From NCBI GenBank assembly GCA_036479435.1, contig JAZGFI010000113.1, positions 1-64,000 on the forward strand: 64,000 bases of DNA. Reading direction: 5' to 3'. Shown here piece after piece: positions 1-9,100 of the stretch (position 1 is its first letter; the number at the start of each line of letters is the position of its first letter). The position numbers were made by a program, and so were the translations under genes. Under the pieces are notes generated by a model. It saw only the letters and a list, made by a program, of their open reading frames with translations, was not told the DNA's origin and did not search any database. Source of the DNA: Planctomycetota bacterium (lineage in GTDB: Bacteria > Planctomycetota > GCA-002687715 > DRQF01).

Positions 1-789
1 CGCGAACAGTTGGAAAGTGCCATCGTAAGCTGGGAGCGCGCGGCGAAGATCGATCCCGCGTTGAAGGCAAGCATCGCCGGCTGGCTGACGAAGGCCAAGC
101 GCGAGTTGAAGGTCGAGTCCAAGATGCAGAGCCGGGTAAGCTCGCATTTTGTGTGCAAGTACCGCCCGGACAGCGATCGCCACATCGTTCAGTCCGTACT
201 GGATTGGCTGGAGACGATGTACGTCGAGTTGGGCCAGCGCTTCGACACCTATCCCACGAACGCTCTCACCGTGGTGCTCTACGGCGACCGTGAGTTCTCG
301 GTGGTCACCGGCTCCCACGGTTGGGTCGGGGGACTGTTCGACGGCAAAGTCCGAGTGCCGGTCAAGAACTTCAAGCGAACCCAAAAAGCGCTTCGTGAGA
401 CGCTTCGCCACGAGTACACCCACTTTTTGCTGCGGAGGATCTCCCGACGCTGCCCCGCGTGGATCAACGAAGGGCTCGCTCAAATGAGTGAGGGCCGTGC
501 TGCGGACAAGCAGCGGTCAATGTTGCGCGAGGCGGCGAAAGCTAAGAAGCTGCTGCCGCTGTCTTCGCTACAAAAGAGCTTTTCCTCCATGGGCGACGCA
601 CGCGCGGTTCGGATTGCGTACCGGCAATCATTGTCGATGACCGACCGGCTCGTGAAGCGCTTTTCGGTGATCGACATTGTTCGTTGTCTTCGATTGATGG
701 CGAAAGGTGCGAAGTTTGATGCCGCTTTTGAACGTACCTTCCGGCAAAAACTCGACGTCTTCTACGCCGACTGGAAAGCGAACCTTTGA
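1..789 (+). CDS. Peptidase MA-like (gluzincin) protein, probably with N-terminal TPRs; 5' end lies outside the window
   Basis: HEYTH zinc motif followed by WINEGLA; frame is open from the window start. Confidence 0.75.
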   Translation, partial: REQLESAIVSWERAAKIDPALKASIAGWLTKAKRELKVESKMQSRVSSHFVCKYRPDSDRHIVQSVLDWLETMYVELGQRFDTYPTNALTVVLYGDREFSVVTGSHGWVGGLFDGKVRVPVKNFKRTQKALRETLRHEYTHFLLRRISRRCPAWINEGLAQMSEGRAADKQRSMLREAAKAKKLLPLSSLQKSFSSMGDARAVRIAYRQSLSMTDRLVKRFSVIDIVRCLRLMAKGAKFDAAFERTFRQKLDVFYADWKANL

Positions 790-798
790 ATTGACGCC

Positions 799-3108
799 CT
801 ATCTGCGGATCGTCAAGTTTCCGACGTCGCTACGGCCTTGAACGTGAGCGTGACGTTCGGGATCGACTTGCCCCCTGAGTCCTTCTACCCACCAATCCAA
901 GCTAATCTCTGAGATTCCCAGTCTCCCCAGCAGGTCGTTGCCATCTCCTCTGTTGAGGTCATCCCAATAGATGGGGTCTTCGCGTCGTGATGGCGGTTTG
1001 CGGATGAACCCGGGTTGCGAAGCGCGAAAGACAAGGTCTTTTCCCTGCACCTCGAGCTCCGATCGGCGCAAAGTCCAGGTCCGGACACTGCCGTGAAGAA
1101 AAAGACACACTCTGAACCAGGGGAAGTCATGACGATCGCGAATGACATACGCCGGTTCGGCGCCAGTGATGGCATACACTTGGCCGCGCGGCGAGACGAT
1201 CTCGATCACCGGCAAGCGCGCCCCGAAATCGATGGCCTTGAGGTTGACGTCGCCGCTAGATCGCTCGATTCGAAAGGAGCGCAGTCCACCTTGGTACAGC
1301 CAGCGCGGCTCACGCTCTAAGGGAACATAGGCGCGCGTTGAGCTGCCGTATTCCTTGGGGCTCCAATCCAAAGTCGCACGGAATGCAGCTGACCCATACT
1401 CGTCTTCGAACACTAAGCTGATGCTAAAGGGCTCCGCCGGGGCCGGGTCGAACTCGAAGGCGATGCATCGAACGTCGCGGGGGCTGAGCTGACGATCAAA
1501 CTTCACTTCGTTTTGGTCGGCGCTCAGGTCGATCCGAGGGCGCCAACCGTTTGGCGCCGGAAGGACGGGCGTCGCCGGAACCAAGCGACCGTTCGCCAGG
1601 TCGTCGTCATCGGCGGTCCAACGCAGGATGCGCACCGGCCAGGGTGAGTTCATCAGGTGCTCATTGCCGAGGAAAATCTGCTCGTTGATGACGCTCTTGG
1701 CGAGGATGGTGGGCTCTTGGAACGGAGCACCGAATGCGTAGGTCAAAAAAGTGCCGTAACAGGGCGCGCTGCCATAGCGGATGGGCAGATCCAACACCGC
1801 GAAGGCAGTGTCGTTGTGGGGCGAGCTCAAAGCGAAGGTTTCAAGGTCTTGCTGTGTGCGCCGCAAGATCTCCGCCGCGCCGCGCTGGTTGAGATAGTGT
1901 TGCCAGGCCGAAAACGACGACACCAAGACCAAGAACAAGACGAACACCAGGGTGGCGCGGCGCAGAATCCGAAGCCGAGCGTAAAAACCCTGAGCGGCGA
2001 GAGCTAAGGCCACGCAAATGAGCAAGTTTGGCAAGTAAAACAAGCGCGAGGCGTCGAAGCCGTTCGCTTCGCGGTAAAAGCGGAGCGGCGGCAAGATGGC
2101 GACGCCGTACAAAACGGCCAATAGCGTCAGCATGAAAGACCGTCGCCACGGCCGGCGTGTCGCCCAAAGCCCTAACGCCAGCACGAATAGAATTCCCAAG
2201 ATGGCCCCCAACCACTCGAGGACTCCGGTGGACGTCTGATAAAACCAGCCCGTTAGGAGTTTTTGCGAAACTGGGAAAAAATCGGAGGCCATGCGCTCGG
2301 CGATCGGCCAGGTCATGACCCGGGGCTGGCCAGCATAAAGGTTCGCCATCGAACCGAATCGCCAGTGGCGATACAAAAGGTAAATCGGCGTGATGACGAG
2401 CAGCGGTGAAAGCTCTAAGAGGGCACGCGAGAAGTTGCGGGCCTGACCGCGCTTTCGCAGGTATGCCAAGTCCAATATGCCGAGGAGAATCGGGCCGACG
2501 AGCCCGCCTTCTTTACTACCGAGCGCCAAAAGGAGCATGAGCAGGGTTAACCCATAGTCCCGCAGCCGCCGCTCGAGGCGGAATCGATGCCATGCCAAGA
2601 TGCCGGCGAGGAGGAACACGACCATCAACAAGTCGCCGCGCGCGGCAATCCACGAGATGGCACTCCATTTTCCGGGGTGCAAGGCGAAGATGACCGCTGC
2701 GAACAGAGCCGTCCGACGGTTGTCGGGCCCGGGCAATATTCGGCAAGCCACCAAGAAAAGCAAAAAGCATGCGACGAAATGCCAGAACACAGAGGCGGCA
2801 TGGATCGCGGCCGGATTGGGGCCGAACAAGGCCATGTCCGCCAAGAAAGAAGCGTGGAGGACGGGGCGAAAAAACTGGACAAAAGAAGGCCGTGCCCGGA
2901 TATTCTTCTTTTCCGACTGATCGCTCCCCATCAGCACCGACGAGCGTCCCCACTCCGCGGCGTCGTAGAGCTGTTCAAAGTCGTCGAGCTGAAACTCAAG
3001 ACTCATCATCCAGCCTTGCCCCAACAGCACCGCGACCCCGATCACCATGAGGGCGCCCGGCCAGCGGAGCCAGCGGGAAACCTCGGCGGATTGTTCGTGC
3101 TTGCTCAT
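799..3108 (-). CDS. Multi-pass membrane protein, GT-C (ArnT/PMT/TMTC-like) glycosyltransferase family, with a large C-terminal soluble domain
   Basis: DD motif after the first TM helix (LDDF), FFRPV, ALHP, ARGDLL and SKE motifs, many TM segments. Confidence 0.65.
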   Translation of the reverse strand: MSKHEQSAEVSRWLRWPGALMVIGVAVLLGQGWMMSLEFQLDDFEQLYDAAEWGRSSVLMGSDQSEKKNIRARPSFVQFFRPVLHASFLADMALFGPNPAAIHAASVFWHFVACFLLFLVACRILPGPDNRRTALFAAVIFALHPGKWSAISWIAARGDLLMVVFLLAGILAWHRFRLERRLRDYGLTLLMLLLALGSKEGGLVGPILLGILDLAYLRKRGQARNFSRALLELSPLLVITPIYLLYRHWRFGSMANLYAGQPRVMTWPIAERMASDFFPVSQKLLTGWFYQTSTGVLEWLGAILGILFVLALGLWATRRPWRRSFMLTLLAVLYGVAILPPLRFYREANGFDASRLFYLPNLLICVALALAAQGFYARLRILRRATLVFVLFLVLVSSFSAWQHYLNQRGAAEILRRTQQDLETFALSSPHNDTAFAVLDLPIRYGSAPCYGTFLTYAFGAPFQEPTILAKSVINEQIFLGNEHLMNSPWPVRILRWTADDDDLANGRLVPATPVLPAPNGWRPRIDLSADQNEVKFDRQLSPRDVRCIAFEFDPAPAEPFSISLVFEDEYGSAAFRATLDWSPKEYGSSTRAYVPLEREPRWLYQGGLRSFRIERSSGDVNLKAIDFGARLPVIEIVSPRGQVYAITGAEPAYVIRDRHDFPWFRVCLFLHGSVRTWTLRRSELEVQGKDLVFRASQPGFIRKPPSRREDPIYWDDLNRGDGNDLLGRLGISEISLDWWVEGLRGQVDPERHAHVQGRSDVGNLTIRR

Positions 3109-3229
3109 GTCGATGTCAGGCTCGTGTTGTCGGAGTCCTAGGTGCTCAGTAAGCTATCAGATGACACCGAGGTCGAAAGAGTCTCGATGATCTCAATTTG
3201 AGGAGAGAAGCCGAGTATCGGCCGATAAG

Positions 3230-4561
3230 ATGCGGGTAACGGTTCTGGGGGCGGGCGAAGTCGGGATGCAATTGGGCCGAGCCCTGATTGGGGACGGGCA
3301 CGAGGTCAGTCTGATCGATTCTGATCATGAGGCGGTGACCCAAGCTCGAGACGAGCTCGACATTGAGGTCATCGAAGGACATGGCGGCAATGTCGATGTT
3401 CTTGAGCAAGCACAGGTCTCCGAGTGCGAACTTTTTTGTGCGGTGACGCAAAATGAGGAGTTGAACATCCTCGCCTCTTTGGTCGCGAAGAAACTTGGCG
3501 CCCAGCAGACCGCCGTGCGCATTCGTGGGCTTTCTCACATCGCAAGACGGCGAACTTTCTATCGCCGCACCCTTGGTTTTGACCTCACCATCAGCCCTGA
3601 GGAAATGACGGCGGCAGCCATCTCGAGGTTCATCCGGGGGCAAGACCTTATTGCCGTCGAAGGCGTGGCCGATGGCCGGATTCAGATCGAGAGATTTCGG
3701 CTGACGGAACGCATGGACGCGGTCGGCAAGAAAATTCGCGACATCAAGATGCCCCGGCAGAGTTTGGTGGTCGCCGTGTTGCGCGGAACCTCCATCATCA
3801 TTCCGAGCGGCGACGACGAAGTCCATGAAGGCGACGAGCTGATGCTCGTGGGCACGACCGAGACGATCGAGCGCCTCGACAAGATCTTCGGCAAGCGGAT
3901 CAAGCTTCCGAAACGCGTCATGATTGTCGGTGGGGGGCGGGCTGGCGTGGCGGCGGCCAAGACTCTCGAGCGGCTCAAGATCAAGGTGACGCTCCTCGAC
4001 AGTCGCTTAGAGCGCGCCGAGAAGCTGTCGCAGACTTTGAAGCACACGCACATCGAGCACGCGGACGGCACCAACATGCGCGATCTCCAAGAAGAGAGCG
4101 TCCACAAGGTCGATCTTTTTTTGAGCATGACGTCGGACGACGAACGCAATCTGTTGAGTTGCCAACTGGCCAAGATCGCCGGAGCTCAACAAGCCATTGC
4201 CTTGGTGAAGCGCAACGACTACCGCGACCTGCACACTAAGCTGAATATCGACGGTTTGATCTCGCCGCGTCACCTCATCGCGCAGCGAATCTTGCGCTAC
4301 GTTTCCACCGGCGGTACCCGACGCATCACGCCGATCGAAAAAGGTCGGGCGGAAATCATCGAACTCGATTTGACGCCGGAGTCTCCGCTCATTGGGATCC
4401 CGCTCAAAGAAGTGGACTTTCCGCGAGGTGCCATCGTCGGTGCGGTCGTGCGCAAAGAAACAGCATTTGTGCCGCGGGGCGAAGATGCCCTCGAAGAGGG
4501 AGATCTCGTGATCGTCTTCGCTTTGACGCAAGCTCGTAAGAGTGTCGAGGCGCTGGCCTGA
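3230..4561 (+). CDS. trkA: Trk potassium uptake system NAD-binding subunit
   Basis: Two RCK-N/RCK-C repeats with GAGEVG and GGGRAG Rossmann motifs; adjacent to trkH. Confidence 0.93.
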   Translation: MRVTVLGAGEVGMQLGRALIGDGHEVSLIDSDHEAVTQARDELDIEVIEGHGGNVDVLEQAQVSECELFCAVTQNEELNILASLVAKKLGAQQTAVRIRGLSHIARRRTFYRRTLGFDLTISPEEMTAAAISRFIRGQDLIAVEGVADGRIQIERFRLTERMDAVGKKIRDIKMPRQSLVVAVLRGTSIIIPSGDDEVHEGDELMLVGTTETIERLDKIFGKRIKLPKRVMIVGGGRAGVAAAKTLERLKIKVTLLDSRLERAEKLSQTLKHTHIEHADGTNMRDLQEESVHKVDLFLSMTSDDERNLLSCQLAKIAGAQQAIALVKRNDYRDLHTKLNIDGLISPRHLIAQRILRYVSTGGTRRITPIEKGRAEIIELDLTPESPLIGIPLKEVDFPRGAIVGAVVRKETAFVPRGEDALEEGDLVIVFALTQARKSVEALA

Positions 4562-4571
4562 GTCGCCGACA

Positions 4572-6041
4572 ATGAATTACTTCCGCGTTTTACGCACGGT
4601 CGGAACACTGGTCGTCTTGGTGTCCCTGACGATGCTGGTGCCCTTAGTCATGGCTTGGGGCTACGGCGAAACCGCAGCGCTGACGGCTTTTGGGATCGCC
4701 ACGACGGTGGGTGTCGTGGTCGGCGGTCTGGCGTTCTTGGCCGGGCGCAGGGGCTTGCAACAAGAAGCACGTTACCGCGATGCCCTGGCCGTGGTGGGGC
4801 TGGCCTGGGTGTTTTGCGCGGCCGTTGGATGCCTCCCCTATATCCTCACCGATACCATTCCTGGGTTCATTTCCGCCTATTTCGAAACGATGTCGGGCTT
4901 CACCACGACCGGTGCTTCGGTCATGGAGCGAGTTGAGTACAAGCCCAACGGAGACCTCGTACCGCATTCGATCCTGTTTTGGCGTTGCCTCACGCAATGG
5001 CTCGGCGGCATCGGAATCGTGGTTTTGTTCGTGGCCGTCCTGCCGGCAATGGGCCCATCTCGGCTCTTGTTTCACATGGAAGTTCCAGGTGTAGGGGAGA
5101 AGAGCTTTTTCGGCAAGATTCGCGACACGGCTGCGATCTTGTGGTTGATCTACCTGTCCTTGACCGTGCTTGCGGCCCTGTCCTTGAAAGTGGCGGGAAT
5201 GACCTGGTTTGACTCGGTTTGTCATTCTTTGACCACGACGTCGACGGGCGGGTTTTCGACTCATACCGAGAGTTTGGCGTATTTCGAATCGTCGGCGATT
5301 CGGATCGTCACGACAGTTTTCATGCTCTTGGCTGGCGTGAACTTCATGTTGTATTTCATGGCCGCGCGAGGTGCCTTGAGGCGAGTTCACAAAAATCCAG
5401 AGCTGCGTCTGTACGTGGTTGTCATCTTTGTGGTGACCGCGATCGTCACGAGCGACTTGCTGTGGCGAGGCGCTTTTTCAGAGTTCCCGGCCGCTCTTGA
5501 GGCCGCGACATTTCAAGTCGCTACTCTCGGGACCTCGACCGGTTTTGCCTCCGAAAATTTCGATCTTTGGCCGGCGACATCCAAGATGCTGCTGTTGTTC
5601 TTGATGTTTTCTGGCGCCTGCGCGGGCTCGACATCAGGGGGCTTGAAGCTCTACCGAATACTCGTTGTTTTCAAGTACAGCTTGCGTGCTGTCCACCAAC
5701 ACATCCGCCCCAAGGGGGTGGAGACGGTAAGAATGGGCGACGGCGTGCTGTCACCCGAGACCCTGCGTTCGGTCACGGCGATGGTCATGATCTTCATGTT
5801 GATGTTCTTCGGCGGGGCCTTTGTGCTGTCCCTGATGGGGATGCAATTGACGGAGGCCTTTACCGCGTCGCTGTCGGCACTTGGGAACGTTGGGCCGGGC
5901 CTGGGCGAGATCGGACCCACTGGCAATTACGCCAATGTCCCCGACGGCGGCAAGCTGCTCTTGGCGTGGTTGATGTTGGTGGGGCGACTGGAGGTGTTTA
6001 CGGCCTTGAGTCTGCTCACCGTGACCTTGTGGCGAGATTAG
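4572..6041 (+). CDS. trkH: Trk potassium uptake membrane protein
   Basis: FETMSGFTTTG, TGGFS, GSTSGGLK, GNVGPG and GRLE motifs; ATG at 4572 chosen as start. Confidence 0.95.
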   Translation: MNYFRVLRTVGTLVVLVSLTMLVPLVMAWGYGETAALTAFGIATTVGVVVGGLAFLAGRRGLQQEARYRDALAVVGLAWVFCAAVGCLPYILTDTIPGFISAYFETMSGFTTTGASVMERVEYKPNGDLVPHSILFWRCLTQWLGGIGIVVLFVAVLPAMGPSRLLFHMEVPGVGEKSFFGKIRDTAAILWLIYLSLTVLAALSLKVAGMTWFDSVCHSLTTTSTGGFSTHTESLAYFESSAIRIVTTVFMLLAGVNFMLYFMAARGALRRVHKNPELRLYVVVIFVVTAIVTSDLLWRGAFSEFPAALEAATFQVATLGTSTGFASENFDLWPATSKMLLLFLMFSGACAGSTSGGLKLYRILVVFKYSLRAVHQHIRPKGVETVRMGDGVLSPETLRSVTAMVMIFMLMFFGGAFVLSLMGMQLTEAFTASLSALGNVGPGLGEIGPTGNYANVPDGGKLLLAWLMLVGRLEVFTALSLLTVTLWRD

Positions 6042-7111
6042 TGGCCGACTTCGAAGTTTGTTTGATATTGGTCGACCCGGTGATCGGCGAATTGGCTCGC
6101 AAGCGCTTGCTGGGCCTACGCGAAGGCCTGCAAGAGCGCGGTTACAAAGTCGAACTCATCGAGTCGCTAGAATCGGACCGCGAGGGTGCCTTTGGGGCCT
6201 GGGATCTTGTCCGGCGGATTCCAAAGCCACTCCGCGACAGCGCAACGATCTTGCATTTGGCCGGTCCTCGGGCCCGTCTCGCGGCCTTGTTGAGCTGTTC
6301 TCTTCGCAAAAAGCTGGTGATCGAGGAAGCTCGAGTTGAAGGGCCGACTCGAGGCTGGGGAGGAATCTTAGAGCGCAGCCTTGCAAGCCGAGCAAGTCGG
6401 CGATTGACCTTGTTGGCGGCACCGGAGAAAGAACGATCGAGCCGTCGAGTTCACCGAGAGCTCCGAGTGGGGCCGGGGCTGCTCGACTTGAATGATGAAT
6501 CGGAAACGGCAGGCGGCTCCGATCCATCTTCACCGGCTGCCAATGCGTCTTTTCGTATCGGCCTGTTCCTCGAACCGAGGTCCAGCGACCGACTCCGGCG
6601 GATGCTGGGAGCTTTTCGCGTCCTGGCGGCAAGTTCGGATTCCTTGCGAGTGGTCTTGCAAGGCGGCCCCTCAGATTGGAATTTGGCGCCATGGGTCGCT
6701 GACCTGGGATTGACGAAGAAACAGGAGTTCTCAGGTTTTTCGGAGCCGACCCCCGATTGTCTGGCCGCACTTCAGCTCGCTTGGATCCCAGGGATTCAAG
6801 AAACGGACGTTCGCACGACGGCTTCGTGTTTCGCGGCCGGATTGCCAGTTGTCTGTGATTTCCGGAGCCCCTGGGCAGAGGGGATCAAGACTATCGGCGG
6901 TGCTCTCATGCGCGATGCCGACTGGCCGATGCAATTTGCAGAAGCGGCCCGTGAATTGTTGAAGGACGATGCCTTGTTGTCCGCGATTCAAACCGCGGGG
7001 CCTATCTTGGCTCGGCGTGAAGCGGGTTTGGAACCTTATGTCGATCGAGTTGACGCGGCTTACCGTAGGCTCGCCCTTGAAGGACAGAGCCATACTGACG
7101 CCGCGTCTTAG
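6041..7111 (+). CDS. GT-B fold (GT4-like) glycosyltransferase, divergent
   Basis: GTG start overlaps the trkH stop (TAGTG); C-terminal AAGLPVV...FAEAARELL...YRRL pattern resembles GT4. Confidence 0.55.
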   Translation: MADFEVCLILVDPVIGELARKRLLGLREGLQERGYKVELIESLESDREGAFGAWDLVRRIPKPLRDSATILHLAGPRARLAALLSCSLRKKLVIEEARVEGPTRGWGGILERSLASRASRRLTLLAAPEKERSSRRVHRELRVGPGLLDLNDESETAGGSDPSSPAANASFRIGLFLEPRSSDRLRRMLGAFRVLAASSDSLRVVLQGGPSDWNLAPWVADLGLTKKQEFSGFSEPTPDCLAALQLAWIPGIQETDVRTTASCFAAGLPVVCDFRSPWAEGIKTIGGALMRDADWPMQFAEAARELLKDDALLSAIQTAGPILARREAGLEPYVDRVDAAYRRLALEGQSHTDAAS

Positions 7112-7289
7112 GGCTCGGTCAAGAACAAGTTCGCAGAGTTCGCACTCAGATTTGCGTCAAATTCGGTTCGGGTGATTGAGCGAGAACCGCCGCATACTTC
7201 CTGTATTCGAAGATTCTCGCGATTGAGCACGGACCGAAGATGGCGTGAAGCTGAGCGGCGAGAATGTGAAGTTATTCTTGACTGAGCCC

Positions 7290-8174
7290 TTAGCTCGTGG
7301 GACCTTCGCTGGCGGCGATGCTCGAAAGCAAGAAGCTCACTACGTCCAGCCCGGGGCCTTCGGGTGCGGTGTACTCGCCTTCTCGAAAATTGACGTCGGC
7401 GTTGTGGGCGACGAGGGCGCGCTGAAATAGTTGCTTTAGTTGATGTTGGAGCGCCGCGACGATGGCTTGATCGTCGGCGATCCCATCCTCGCGCAAGATC
7501 CGTCCGAGTTTTCGGTTTTTACCGCTCGAATCACTCAGGATTCGTTGGAGTTGACCGCGAGTCAAGACGCCATGGCGAACCAAGATACTGCCGAGGCGAT
7601 TGTCTTCGGGACCATCAACGCTTTGAGCGCTCATGAGTTGGCCGTCTGCGAAGTGGATTTGAATGGTCTCATTTTCGGCCACGACCTGAACGACACCGGT
7701 CTTTTCGTGGGCTGCGATCAGTTGGAGCAGGTCTGGAATCCGAAACATGCCTTTCGGGAACTCAACCTCTCGCTCCAAGGGCATCGGCTTTTCGGCCGGC
7801 TCTTCGACTGGCTCTTCAAGGGGCTCTTCGAGCCCAAGGTTTGGTTCTTTGGCTTCGTCGCCCTCATCGCGGTATCCCCGCAGCGCATCTTGGAAGGCAT
7901 CTTGAATGGCAATGACCCCGGTGACGCGGTTGCGACCGGTGCGAGAATGGGATTTCTTTTGAAGTTCCTGCTCAATTTCTTTGAATTGAAGCACCGTTTC
8001 GCGAAGCCTTAGTAGGTCCAAGGCGACGTTCTTGATGGCGGGGATTTCGCTAACGAAGTTTGAGAAGTTGCGGTCGGCGTTCTCCAGCATGCTGACCAAG
8101 GAATCCATCTGACGGAGGACACGTAGTCCCATCTTCCGCCGTTCGAATCCTTGCTTCTCGCCGGGAATGGCCAT
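7290..8174 (-). CDS. DUF4388-domain protein with tandem MshEN-like motifs
   Basis: IPDLLQLIAAHEKTG...IHFADGQL, then RLGSILVRHG and KLGRILREDG. Confidence 0.75.
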   Translation of the reverse strand: MAIPGEKQGFERRKMGLRVLRQMDSLVSMLENADRNFSNFVSEIPAIKNVALDLLRLRETVLQFKEIEQELQKKSHSRTGRNRVTGVIAIQDAFQDALRGYRDEGDEAKEPNLGLEEPLEEPVEEPAEKPMPLEREVEFPKGMFRIPDLLQLIAAHEKTGVVQVVAENETIQIHFADGQLMSAQSVDGPEDNRLGSILVRHGVLTRGQLQRILSDSSGKNRKLGRILREDGIADDQAIVAALQHQLKQLFQRALVAHNADVNFREGEYTAPEGPGLDVVSFLLSSIAASEGPTS

Positions 8175-8324
8175 TTTTCGGTTCCTAGTTCGTTTCTCTC
8201 AGCAAACATCGGAAATGTATGGCCGGGGACTTGAGTCGCGGTTATAGAGCGGGAAACAATCCAACTGAAGCATTGAAGTTAGGGTGCCAGGGGCGAGATC
8301 TAGGGTCCCAGTAAGGAGTCGAGG

Positions 8325-9068
8325 GTGCATAAACTCAGCTGTGGCGCCGTTTGGGGCGGAATCGACAATCGCGATGCCGATCTTGAGGCGGCGGGTATTC
8401 GTGCGAGTTTGTTTGCTCGCTCGGCCCAGGGTGGCCGGGGAGGTGACGCTCATTACGTCAGTGTTTGCGAGGGTGACTTGCTAACCCGCATGGTCGTAGC
8501 CGACGTCGTCGGACACGGAGAGACCGTCTCAGATGTTTCGAGCTGGCTCTACGATGTTCTTTGTGAGCGAATGAACGATCCTGACGGAGCCGCAATCTTG
8601 TCTGAACTCAACGGCCGGGCTTACGCCAAGGGCATGAGTGCCATGGCCACCGCCGTTATCGTCGGCTACTACCGCACAACTCACGAGCTGTCCTACGCTT
8701 CCGCCGGACATCCGGCGATTTACCTGTGGTCGGCTGGCGATGCCAGCTGGAAGGCCCTCAGCATGAATATCGAAGCCGACGGCCCTGCGGACCTTCCCTT
8801 TGCGGTGCTAAAAAATCCAGTTTTTCATCAGATCTCGGTGCCGATGAAGGCCGGAGACCGGGTCTGTCTTTACAGCGACGGAATCTTAGAAGGCCCGTCA
8901 CCGAGCGGTGAGCAATTCGGGGCCAAAAAACTAGAGAAAGTCCTGAACGCCAATACGGGCTCCAAACTGCCAGAAATCAAAAAAGAGATCGTTCGCGCCC
9001 TGGATGAGCACACCGCAGGCCGCTTTGACCACGACGACGTCACCTTGCTTCTCGCCGAAGTGATTTAG
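8325..9068 (+). CDS. Stand-alone PP2C/SpoIIE (RsbU-like) Ser/Thr phosphatase
   Basis: GGD, ADVVGHG, SAGHP, YSDGILE and DDVT motifs. Confidence 0.88.
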   Translation: MHKLSCGAVWGGIDNRDADLEAAGIRASLFARSAQGGRGGDAHYVSVCEGDLLTRMVVADVVGHGETVSDVSSWLYDVLCERMNDPDGAAILSELNGRAYAKGMSAMATAVIVGYYRTTHELSYASAGHPAIYLWSAGDASWKALSMNIEADGPADLPFAVLKNPVFHQISVPMKAGDRVCLYSDGILEGPSPSGEQFGAKKLEKVLNANTGSKLPEIKKEIVRALDEHTAGRFDHDDVTLLLAEVI

Positions 9069-9100
9069 GGGCTTGTGAAGAAAATCCGTGACCCATTTGG

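Noticed and set aside
5567..6040. N-terminal extension of the 514-aa ORF overlapping trkH
   Set aside because: Shadow frame inside trkH; the coupled GTG at 6041 is the more plausible start.
7790..7835. 12-bp GGCTCTTC-containing tandem repeats
   Set aside because: They encode an EEP linker inside the DUF4388 protein; not a CRISPR array or independent element.
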